Source: Cetorhinus maximus (Eukaryota). Taken from it: DNA of 64,000 nucleotides. Every line of letters begins with the position of its first letter. The stretch's first letter is position 1. The notes beneath the pieces are model-generated. The model was not told the origin of the DNA. It searched no databases and saw nothing but the letters and a program-made list of their open reading frames with translations. The stretch is from positions 111,290,001-111,354,000 of the forward strand of contig NC_135881.1 in assembly GCF_964194155.1 (NCBI RefSeq), read 5' to 3'. The position numbers and the translations under genes are program-made. Below, one piece after another: positions 37,141 to 48,883 of the stretch.

Positions 37141-39324
37141 ATGGCGTTGGTGGAATTCATACGCAAGTGTGATTCAGAAGTGGGTTGCCTTCAGCCTAGG
37201 TTTTCTTCCTCTCCTGGCCCAGTGTGCAAATAGATTTTTGGGGAGAGAGGAGGAGGAGTGTGTTTGTGTGTGTGTGCGTGTGCGTGCATATCCAAGCAGC
37301 CTCTGCCTGTGTGTGAATATGTCTGGCTCACTCCCCCAGTCTTGGGGTTTACTCTCAACCATAATCCATATGGGAGGTTAGGATATTAATATTGCTGAGA
37401 AGTTCAGCTGAAGATGGGAAGATGTATTTCCTTTCCGTCCTTTCAGGGAAGAGGTCAGGAAAGGCCAAAGCCGCCATTCAGGGAAGAGGTTAGGAAGGGA
37501 CTTGCAGAGGTAAAATTAATGCAAAAGCTCTGGGTGCTTTACCATACCTTGCGCTCTAGCCAAGTCTGAAGAGTGAAGAAATCCCCCGACGCCACAAAGT
37601 CCAACAGAAACACAAGGTAAGCAAAAAAGGAGGGACTAGGGAATCTGCTGTGTCCTATACAGCCAATAATGAACAGTTCAGAACAATGGCAATCATTGAC
37701 CGAGGACCCTGAGATGATCTATGCACAAGATATGGCTGCTTTGGACATTGACCATCCCGACTGATAGACTACTACATGTTTTAAAAAGGTGTGTTCTGAT
37801 CTTTTAGACCGTTCTAATTTGGCTGTGCATGGCCTAATACTGGAACCCAAATTACCCTTTTAAACTGGTTGAGTTTGACAGAGAAATAACCATCAGGCAA
37901 AGACTCAGGCACCACATCAGTAAATAGTATTGAAGTTTATTAACTATCAGCAAATTTTAGAAACTTATCAACTAAGTAATACAGGAAGAATATAGGAAAA
38001 GCATGCTTATCAATGAAACTCTACCAGCTCCACACTTTCAAATGGGTGATCAATCCAAGAAAAGAGGACAACAGCTTCAGCTCCTCTCACTGACAGAGAA
38101 ACTCTCACTGCCTCCGAGAAGCACTGCATCTTCCTGGGATTTCGAATGGCAGGGAATCCATCACCGAACCAATCCCAGTACTAACTACCCTCAATACTCA
38201 TCTGCGCTCAAGTTTATTGGAAATAATCTTCACGCTAATAGGAGGATGCTCAACTACCCCTGAAGATCTAACCCAGTTCTTCCCCACTTAAAATACATAA
38301 AGATGGTACCAACAACCCCTTTTTATACTCCATCGATGTTGTAAGCCCACCTTAGCCAAGTTGTTGGAAATGGCTAATTGATCTATAATTCCTCAATAAT
38401 GTGATGAGCTAACTCCATTGGTTCTAGCTAATTACATACATTATCTTAAACTTAGAACAATGCCTTCCCTAAGCTATGTCTCTTATCTTACTGTCTTTAC
38501 AGGAGTCCCATTCTTTAAGACAGACTTAACAGTCAAGGACAGTGTGTGTTCCTGATAGGGAAGGAGTCAAAATCATATGTCGTTTCTCTCCCAGCTGTTA
38601 CATTACTTTAATTCTCTCATAAGAAGTGCTAATGGAGAAATACAGAAATAACGTAAACTGGCTTCTGATTAACTACTGATCATTAATTACTTATTCTTCA
38701 TTACCAGAGTAATTTAGGTACTTCCTTCCAATGAAATCATCTGTTGCTAGTCAGTGATTGCTTTGTAACACTGTTTTGAGTTAGTTTGTTGTAAAAGGTT
38801 AACAACATCAAAATGGCTTCTTATCTCAGTGTTAACATAAAATAGTGTTTTGATCTTGTTAGTTTAGTACAATGTATATAACATGAAATTAACCTGAAAA
38901 TGGTTGGGTTACACTAAAATCTAGTACCCAGGCTTATACTACTCAGCCAATGATAGCTGTAGTTCTGATCCTGGGCCCCACTAAAGCACAGGCCCTGGAA
39001 TTTTGCACCTATCATCCTGACAGAGAAGAGCAGGTTCATGATCCAAAAAACCACTGCCACTTTCTGAGGGGGTGCCTCAGCAATCCTTGTACTCTTTTGG
39101 ATGACAGATTGCCAGACTTCTGTGAGAAGCTTTGAGCCTCTTTAAACATAGGTTTTCCCAGCCATGATGGCAGCAGTCTGAGCGTTCATGACAACAAGCT
39201 GAGCTTGCTCAGTCTGAGCTTCCACCACAGCACTCGGACATTGGGTGGTTTCTGCTTATGGTGCAATGGAAGCCGAGACATCAATCATCAGAAGCTGCAT
39301 TATGGTCGAGTCCACAAGTATGGT

Positions 39325-40180
39325 AATCATAGAATCCTAGAATGGTTAGAGCACAGAAGGAAGCCATTCGGTCCATCGAGTCCATGCCAGTGCTCTGCGA
39401 GAGTAATGCAGCTAGTCCCACTCCCTGCCATTTCCCTGTAGCCCTGCAAATCTTTTATCTTCAGATACTTATCCAACTCCCAGGCAGTACATTCCTAACC
39501 TAACCAGGAGCTGCATTTCAAATGGTTTCCTCTCATGTCACGTCTGGTTGTTTTGCATCTGTGTCTTCTGGTTCTCCTCCCCTCCACCGACAGTTTCTCT
39601 CTATCTACTCTGTCTAGATCCCTCATGATTTTGAACACCTCTATCAAATTTCCTCTTAAACCTCTCTTCTATAAGGAAAACAACCCCAGTTTCTCCAATC
39701 TATGTAACCTTATCTGTGGAACTATTCTGGTAAATATTTTTCGCACCCTTCCTAAAGTGCAGTGCCCAGAATTGGACATCACATTCCAGATGAGGGTGAG
39801 CTAGCGTTTTATATCAGTTCAACATAACTTTTTTGCTTTTGTATTCAATGCCCATGTTGATAAAGCCCAGGATGCTGTATTTTTATTAACCACTTGCTCA
39901 TTCTGCCCTGCCACCTTCAACAATATGTGCACATATTCCCCTAGGTGCCTCTGCTCCTGCACTCCTCTTGGAATTGTGCCCTTTATTTTATATTCTCCCT
40001 TCGTATTCTTCCTACCAAAATGTATCACTTCACACTTCTCTGCATTAAATTTAATCTGCTACATGTCTGCCCATTCCACCAGCCCTGTCTATGTCCTTTT
40101 GAAGTTTATCACTACCCTTCTCCATGTTCACAGTATTTGTAAGTTTTGGTGTCATTTGTGAGTTTTGAAATTGTGCGCTG
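39325..40180 (-). mobile_element. CR1 LINE 3' portion
   Basis: IHFGRKNTKGEYKIKGT...EQRHLG; CATAGAATCCTAGAA tail. Confidence 0.85.
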
Positions 40181-40329
40181 TAATGCAGCTGGCCACCAAT
40201 TCCACGTTGGAAACCTTGGGGTCCAAACTCTGTGGATATTCATGTACAAGATTGGTGCTGGCTGCACTCCTCCATGCTCCTTGACTGTGACCGCAGGTTT
40301 TCTGATAGGCCTGCTTATGCACCAAAACT

Positions 40330-41513
40330 TTCTGTGTGCATATGGTGAGGTGAGAGTGACTGCTCTTGACATCAAGGCAGCATTTGACTGAGTATGGCAT
40401 CAAAGAGCCCTAGCAAAACTGGACTCAATGGGGATCAGGGGGTAATCTCACTGCCAGTTGGAGACATACCTGGCACAAAGGAAGATGGTTGTGGTTGTTC
40501 GAGGTCAATCATCTCGGTTCCAGGACATCACTGCGGGAACTCATCAAGGTAGTGTCCTAGGCCAAACCATCTTCTCATGCTTCATCAATGACCTTCCTCC
40601 CATCATAAGATCAGAAGTGGGATCTTCGCTGGTGATTGCACAATGTTCAGCACCATTCGCAACTCCTTAGATACTGAAGCAGTCCATGTCCAAATGCAGC
40701 AAGATTTGGACAATATTCAGGCTTGGACTGACAAGTGGCAAGTAACATTCGTGCCACACAAGTGTCAGGCAATGACTATCCCAAACAAAAGAGAATCTAA
40801 CCATTGCCCCTTGGCATTCAATGGCATTAACATCACTGAATCCCCCACTATTAACATTCTGGGATTGATCAGAAACTGAACCGAACTAGCCCCATAAATA
40901 CTGTGGCTACACGAGCAGATCAGAGGCTAGGAATCCTGCGGCGAGTAACTCACCTCCTGACTCCCTAAAGCCTCTAGGTCATCTACAAAGCACAAGTCAC
41001 GAGTGTGATGGAATACTCTCCACTAGCCTGGATGAGTGCAGCTCCCACAACACTCAAGAAACTTGACACCAGCCAGAACAAAGTAGCCCATTTAATTGGC
41101 GCCCTTTCCACAAACATTTACTCCTTCCACCACCGACAAACAGTTGCAACAGTGTATACCATCTACAAGATGTACTGAAGAATTCACCAAGGCTCCTTAG
41201 GCAGCACCTTGCAAACCCACAACCATTACCATCTAGAAGGACAAGGGCAGCAGATACTTAGGAACACCAATCCCTGGAAGTTCCCCTTCAAGCCACTCAT
41301 CATCCTGACTTGGAAATACATTGCCGTTCCTTCACTGTCACTGGGTCAAAATCCTGGAACTCCCTCCCTAACAGCACTGTGGGTGTACCTACACCAAATG
41401 GACTGCATCGGCTCAAAAAGGGAGCTCACCACCACCTTCTCAAGGGCAACTCGGGATGGGCAATAAATGCTGGCCTCGCCAGCAACAGCTACATTCCATA
41501 AATGAATTTAAAA
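40330..41513 (+). mobile_element. CR1-group LINE family B: RT domain to 3' end, disrupted
   Basis: TALDIKAAFD*VWH, QGSVLGQTIFSCFINDL and QQDLDNIQAWTDKWQVTF; tail shared with the SINE. Confidence 0.9.
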
Positions 41514-42499
41514 ATGTGCAGAATTTAGATTTGTATTAAAGAATATTTTGGAATTTTTACTTCATCAATGCAGGTCTGGATAGCAACATAACCTGTCCTG
41601 TGTATCGGTGAGCCTCTTAAAAGATATTCAAAACAATGACATTGGCAGCAAAACTAATAACCTAACACTATCCTCAAATCAAAGGCAATTTTCAGAATGA
41701 TTGTCGAAATTTTCTAATATATTCAATTGATTAATCAAACCAATACATGCAGTAATTATTCCTTTTAATGAATTATATTTGAGACTTTTTCAAATAGTTG
41801 CACTTTATTCCCTAAAGACTGCAATATGTTAAGTAACATTATGCAAATATCCAAGACTCCATTCACCAGCTTTTAGCAGTGGTCAGCAAAAATTTAGATT
41901 CAATAGCTTAGCAAATCGGATCAATTTTGAGTCTGAAGATATTTTAGAATAGCAAACTGACTAAAGATTCCCAAATGACCAATTACTAACCTAATGGAGC
42001 TTGATTGATGTTGTGCTGAACACAATGGAGAAACAATTGGCCATGTACACAATTCGGCACATGCGGTCATTTCAAGGTCATAATCAAGATCAAGTCTCTA
42101 CAGGCACCCAGTGTGAAAATAAATTTTTCTGGCCTTTTTGGATGGGTTGAGAATTCATTTAATTGTCACCAGAAAAACAGAAGATAGTGGGACTGTCCAC
42201 GGCCCCTGCATTTCTCAATAACAACACCACTGCCTATGTAGAAGCTTTGAGAAACCACTTCCTGTGGTAGTTGTTGGCTCTTTAGGCAGGAATACATAGC
42301 TTGTTCATTTGTAGTGTTGGCACTAGGAAGGGCAATGATAGATGGTATTGCTGTTTAACGGAGGACAGAAACCTCTTGCTCTGTTGTTTATGCGGCAGAT
42401 TTTAGCAAGATGTTTGAAGCCTGAAAGAAAAAATGTTAACTCAAAACCCATCAACTTACACATACAATAGTTAAAACACAGCCTAGTCGTTTGTGCGTA

Positions 42500-43050
42500 T
42501 AAACCCATATTATTATCAGGCTCAGTGAGGTTTAGCTTCTGTAAGAACTTATCTTCATGCTCGGAATTTAGTGAACCCTTTCATTTATACAACTACAATT
42601 GACAACAGCTGAAGCTTTAGGAGCAGTGCTGCACTGCTGAGTACCATTTACAGGAGTGAGCTAGTCTGCAAGCAGCAGCTCTGGCAACAAATGTAAGCGC
42701 TGGTGCAGATGAGAGAGATATCACTATATTTTTAGACATCCTAGATTATGGGGGTTGCAGTGGAAGAGCAACTTATTGGCATGTATAAGGCATATGCATT
42801 ATCCATGTTGATCAGCCATCAACAAATGTGGAGCAACAGGACAGGCCAGGAGGTGCAGGAACTGCGCAAAAAAAAAAAATTGCTTGCTGAATTTTTTGGC
42901 TCCTCAGGCACTTTGGGACCTTCCCTGGGATCTCCACAGGCTCTTGGCTGCTCTCAGGTGGCCTGTTTTGTTGAGCTGTGCTGAGGGTATACCAAGCTAA
43001 AATCCTGGAGTAGCCTGGCAACTTCCTCAGGACATACTTCCCTTGACGTG
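42500..43050 (+). mobile_element. Harbinger left arm and transposase N-terminus remnant
   Basis: Similar in layout and peptide to 44600-45050. Confidence 0.4.
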
Positions 43051-43059
43051 GAGAGGAAC

Positions 43060-43260
43060 TGGGATTTCCTTCCCTAAAGGGCATTAGTAAACCAGATGGG
43101 TTTCCAAGGCAATCACTGTTATTGAGACTAGCTTTTAATTCCAGATTTTATTAACTGAATTTAAATTCCGCCAGCTTCTATGGTAGGATTTGAACCCATG
43201 TCCCCAAAATATTAGCCTGGGCCTTTTGGATTACTAGTCCAGTGACATCACTGCTTCCCT
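43060..43260 (-). mobile_element. tRNA-derived SINE, 5' part
   Basis: Reverse complement contains B box GGGTTCAAATCC and core CATCTGGTTTACTAATGCCCTTTAGGGAAGGAAAT. Confidence 0.85.
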
Positions 43261-43284
43261 GACTGGACCCCAGTTTACCCTAAT

Positions 43285-43690
43285 ACAAAAGCAAAATGTG
43301 GCAAATGCTGGAACTCTGAAATAGAAACAACGCCTTCTCTTTTACCTCCTCCCTTCTCACCATCCAAGGCCCCAAACACTCCTTCAAGGTGTACTTCTTT
43401 CAATTCAATATACTGTATTCACTCCTCACAATGTGGTCTCCTCTTCACTGGGAAGACCAAATGCAAACGGGGTGACTGTTTTGCGGCATACGTCCATGCT
43501 GTCCACAAGCATTCAGTTGCCCAGCATTTTAATTCTCCACCTTTCTTCCACTCTGACCTTTCTGTCCTTGGCCTGCTGCAGTGCTCCAATGAAGCTCAAA
43601 AGCAAGTTCAAGGAACAGGACCTCGTCTTTAAGCTGGGCACATAATATCCTTCGGGATCCAACACTGAGTTTAACAATTTTAAATCATAA
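43285..43690 (+). mobile_element. Penelope-like GIY-YIG endonuclease fragment
   Basis: IYCIHSSQCGLLFTGKTK...VAQHFNSP...EQDLVFKLGT*YPSGSNTEFNNF. Confidence 0.8.
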
Positions 43691-45409
43691 TTCTGTCCCT
43701 GCTTGTTTTGTGCTGGTTTGGTTTCTTCACGCATTTCTTTTTTAATTCCACCCACACCCATGTCCCCTCCTACCTCCTATGCCAAGCTCTGCCTTACCTT
43801 TTAGAAATGTTGAAAGAATCGGTAAATCTCTGGCACCTTACTTTATTTCAGTGAATTTATTGAGAAAGGAAATTAAGATTTACAATGTCAAGTGTACACT
43901 AATCTCAAAACTTAGCTCCCTAGCAGAGCAAGAGCCATGGAAAATTTTGGATCCGATGGATGAACTATGTTTGTGATGAACAAATAAAATAGGTAAGAGA
44001 ATAAAAATCATTTAATGGGAAAGTCTACCACTATAGTGAGTAAAATATCACAATTATGCAGTGATAGCTTTCAAGCCGAACATTTTAAATAACCTTGATC
44101 TTCAGCATGGAACATTACACAGTCATACCCCTTAATTGTGAAGGAAATGTGTCAGAACACTAGAATTTAATTGCTTACTCCAAGCAATTGCTGTAGGAAG
44201 GTAAGGGGGGTAGGAGAGTTTACCACTAATTTGTTTAGAATTAGAAAGATTGCTCAGTTGAACAGCAGTGCCATGCATTATATACACCATTAAGCATATG
44301 AAAGCAACATTAAATAGTCATTAATCAAAATGCCTTTGCAGAAGTACTTTTAAAAATATTTATAATTATGGGGAAACCATGGGGAAGATTTTGGCCTAAT
44401 ACTTTAGGCTCTAAAGTGTCTCCGAGGTGACCAAGGTGGGGTTTTAAAGCTACTATGCACCATCTTGGTAAATAAGTTGAACCACATGCTAGAAATGGTC
44501 GCCTGGAGGATCATTAAGGTGCTGATTGATAATTAAGTTGCCTGCAGCACTCATTAAAGAGGTTTCACACAATTTTGGTGAGTAATACTTCATTTAATGA
44601 CTACTCTGAACAGTGACCAGCTGTGCAGAGTAAACACGTCTTTGCTGAAGTTTTTAGGCGTTACCTGAAGTCATGCTCAGTTTTCAATGTTTACTTGCTG
44701 ATTGAGATCGACCGACCGTACTGCATTACAGAAACATCACAGAACACTCTCTGCCACTTGTCAAGACTTCACCAACACTCAACCAACATTTTTCCCAGAA
44801 ATTCACTCAGGAATTAATCTAAATAGAGTCAATGCTGCTCAATTCTACCTTATTGGGAACCTTACAGGAGTCACCAGGAGAAAAGGAGTGCTTGGTCTTG
44901 GGCACCTTGTTTGAGGGTTCCCTTGCTCCTGATAAGGAATTAGAGGAAGAGATAAGGTCAGGTAGAGCGGTACCAGTTGTTGCAAGAGAGGACAACAGAG
45001 CTCTCAACAGAAGGCCCTATTGACCCAGACTCTTCAGACAGCACTACTACAAACACATGACCCAAAAACAATACATGAGGAGACTACACTTTATGAATAA
45101 AAAGTCAATCTGTGGCCTATGGAACAAAAACTCAAATATGGCAGCCAGGATTGCATTGTCTGTGACAGCCAAGGTCACAGTAGAGCTTAATTTTTATGCA
45201 GCTGGAACTTTTGAGGCGACAATAGGTAATATAAGTCACATGTCACTTCTGTGCACTTCTCTATAAGGAAAGGTTCTGCATCTCTATATGCTCTGACAAA
45301 CAGCTATACATCATCCTCTAATGATAGTGAAGTCCAGAGGCAGGGAACTCTAGGATTCAACAGGATTACATGATTCATCGTGGTTCAGGGAGTCGTTAAC
45401 TGTTTCCTT

Positions 45410-45660
45410 TTTAATCTTTCATGGGATATTGCCATTGCTGGCAAGCCAGCATTTGTTGCCCATCCCTATTTGCCCTCGAGAATGTGGCAGTGAGCCACTT
45501 TCTTAAGCTGCTGCAATCCATTTGGTGTTGATACATCCACAGTGCTGTTAGGAAGGGAGTTCCAAGGTTTTGATCCAACAACTGTGGAGGAACAGCAATA
45601 TAGTTCCAAGTGGCTTGGAGGGGAACATGCAGGTGGCTGTGTACCCATGTATCTGCTCCC
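45410..45660 (-). mobile_element. LINE family B 3' end
   Basis: GSKPWNSLPNSTVDVSTPNGLQQLKK plus the shared tail. Confidence 0.8.
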
Positions 45661-46200
45661 TCCTCATCACACCACCTTTTCTGATTTACACGTTTAGATA
45701 CTGATGCTGCTTAGAGGATAGCTTAGAAGAATGATCTGAACATGGTGAGACACTGGGCATGAGTTCCCTGGTGCCCAGGGCAGTGGACAAGGATAGCATA
45801 GCTTGTCAAAGGGCAAGGTTACATATGCGTTTTGTTCCAGAGTACACAGATGTGGGCTTCAATGGGGGGATAGGACAGTGTGTACAGAGAAAGATTGATG
45901 GTTACTCACAATCAAATACCTGATGCACTGACAGACAGAAAGCCTCTGGCTTTCACTCAACAATGTGTGTGGAGGAGTCCAGCACTAACTTGACACAGGA
46001 TTTCGTGCAAAGTTTGGAACTTATCCTCTCTGGCATGGAACAGGTGGCCAACATCATGAGGAGACAGTTACAGATGCATCCAGGACATGCATCATTTGAT
46101 GGTCTACAATAACATTTGAAAGTCTTTGAAAAGATCATAAATCTGTCAAAATAAACAAACATTACTTGAATAGCCCACAATCCCCTTGACCTCTGTGTCA

Positions 46201-46415
46201 AACAAACACTGCTGAGCAGAATCCATTAGTGGTTTGGAAAGAAACCAGGCATTCATAATGACATCCTAATGAAGAATTGTATAAACAACCCTTGCTGAGC
46301 AGAATATATTAGCAGGTTGGAAGATAGCCATGCATTTATAATAACATTCCACTGAACAACTCAGCCAACAAACCCTTCTGAGCAGAATCTGTTAGAACCT
46401 TTGAAGGCAGCCATA
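46201..46415. repeat. Degenerate 83-bp tandem repeat, about three copies
   Basis: CTGAGCAGAAT occurs at 46212, 46295 and 46378. Confidence 0.8.
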
Positions 46416-47991
46416 AGCTCAGGCATCTGCCAAAGCTTTGAAATAGCCAAACAGGCGGCCAAGCTGAACTTCAAGGAAAGAATGAAAACAATGGGAATAT
46501 TTCATATTATCGGATCTGTATTTCACCATTGTACAATTCAGAATAGTACTTTATCCAGTGCATAATATACTCTAATGCAGCTGAAGACCTTTACACTTTC
46601 ACAATTCCCTTGACAGCTTTCCAGTTGTCAGAAGTAACAACCTGGCAACCACATTATTTAATGGTCACTTACCTTTTCAAAACAAAGCACTTCGATCAAT
46701 CACTATAGTAAAGACATATATAACTTAAGCCACAGCACTTCATTATGCATGCGAAGTAGGCAACACCTTGTATATTTACATTTCATATGGTCCCCACCTC
46801 CAAGCCACATTTCACCCATGGTTCACAACCCCCCGAGCTGGTATGATTTATGCTGCCTACCAAAACCAGCCCAACTTAAGTCTATAATTGTCATTTCCAC
46901 AATGGTGCTAGCAACATCAGGACAGCAGCGTGTAGGCTCCCTACCTATCCCCTGACCCTGTGCCAATGAAAATTGCAGTGCCGGGAATGAGGACGGGAAT
47001 TCAAAATTTGGCTCCTACACGCCTTTTTTGAAGCCCGCCAGTTGCATTTTGACCCAGCGTTGGAAAGGAGAATTCAGCCAATGAAGTTGGAGCTTGCTAA
47101 GTTTTTGTCCGGTAGGGGTACCAAGGGATATGGAGCAAAAGTAGGTAGTGGGATTGAGGTACAGATCAGCCATGACCTAATTAAATGGTAGAGCAGCCTC
47201 AAGGTAGATAATAACCTATTATTCCTATGTTTCTAATTAAATGACAATGGACATTTAATAAACATTGGCTGAAAACACAGACCATCTGTATTGATGAGTG
47301 AAAATGCTTTTCAATGGTATGACGATTTTGTAATTGACCTCTGGGGCCTTTCCAAGTGCTGACAAGGTTACAGAAGAAACATAAATAAATGGTGTTATAG
47401 CTGATCCAGCTTCCTTAAGGGTACCCAATTATTACTTTAAATTAGCAAAGCCACCTCCCAAGGTTTCCTGTCTACTGGTTAATGTTAAATTAAAAATTTT
47501 TATTTCTCTTGGGAGTTAACCCCCTTATAAACTGAAACTTGCAGTACAGAAATAGCATAACATAAGCAAAACCAAAATCCAGTACAGGTCATACAGTGAA
47601 AAAGAAATAAATCACTACAAAGATACAATCCATCATTTCACTGGAAGTCGTGGTCAATGGAAATATTCCCCCAATTACTGTTATATCAAGATGAAGATTA
47701 CCATTGTATATAGGAAAACGGTTTGACATAGGGCAAGAAAAGACAGAAGTCCATTTAGTCAGGTCCAATCTAATACATCTCATGACTCATTCACTTTAAT
47801 GTTTATCCAATTCTCTCAATTTGTTTTGCACTATTTCCCTTTGTTGATTCTCTAGGCAGTTCATTCCACATATTCACCACCCACGACATTAAGAAAGTTA
47901 AATCTAAACTGTCCCTGCACCTTCCTTCTTCTGAACTTGATCATGTGTTTTGTGGCAATCTCAGACATATAAGGAGCTTCTAACACTGACA

Positions 47992-48742
47992 GTCTGGATT
48001 TTTCTGACCCCCGAGGAGATGGGGGAGCAGGTTGGTGGGGGCGGGGGGGTGGGGGTGGGGTGGGGAGCGGGGGGTGGTCGATGAAGGGGGCAGTGGTGCA
48101 GGGACATCGGGTGGCTGTCGCAGGTCAGCTCCCCGGCACACCCCTGTTGTCAGGGAACATCCCCAGGGTTGGGCTGGTAACAGGATTTGCTGCACCCCTC
48201 TTTCTAATAGGATGGTTAAAGCCCCAATTAGGGGCGATTTTTCAGCATCACCAGAATGTTCCCGCTGGCAGAGCTGCCCTCCACCACATGTGGAGACTGC
48301 CTCCTCAATGGAGATGGCCTCCCAACAGCAGACCAGGGAACCAAAGGATCAGAGAGGAGGCCATAAGTGCAGCCGCGTCCAATCCTGTGGCGGGGTTTCC
48401 CCTCCATCCTAATATCCCTGCTGGCTTCAGGAGTCTTCAGCTTCACTTAGGCCAGCAAGATCACCTCCATGTTGAAGTGGCCTTGCGGTCCCCAACCTGT
48501 CTCAGCAGTGCCCAACTCTCCCAGTGCAGGTGTTGAGGTTTCAGAACTGCCAACCCTGTTATTGGGCCTCCAGTCTCAGGGATCCACCTAGGACTCACTA
48601 GGACAGCGAATGTGGAGGCAACCAATGAGGAGGCCGCCTCCTAGAAGATTGAGTTGCTGGCCCTGCTGCAAATAAGTGTGGCCTCAGGAACCCTATTTCA
48701 TCCTGGTGTCAGGGCCTCAAGGTGCATGAGAAACTCCAACCC
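47992..48742. mobile_element. Harbinger-type MITE-like element
   Basis: TIR-like ends GTCTGGATTTT / AAACTCCAACCC; GC-rich interior. Confidence 0.5.
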
Positions 48743-48883
48743 AGTAATTCCTTCCTTGGTCCAAAGAGTGATGTATTCATATTGCATATCTGCAGTTTCT
48801 CACATGTATGCGCTTCTGATATGGGAGTCAAAATCAGGAAACATTTTGAGCTGGCTCATATTTGGCAGTTTCCAACAGATTAA

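Larger units (their letters stand above)
44380..47080. mobile_element. Fragmented Harbinger remnants: transposase N-half 44830-45400, Myb fragment 45660-46100, TIR-like end near 47080
   Basis: RIALSVTAKVTVELNFYAAGTFEATIGNISHMS; GGAGAATTCAGCCA terminus. Confidence 0.65.

Noticed and set aside
37870-38950. Possible minus-strand LTR/ERV-like element
   Set aside because: Composition is suggestive, but I could not define termini, a TSD or coding similarity.
46201-46415. CRISPR array or C2H2 zinc-finger array
   Set aside because: The context is eukaryotic, the inter-anchor sequences are mutually similar, no cas genes are present, and the 83-bp period has no Cys/His pattern.
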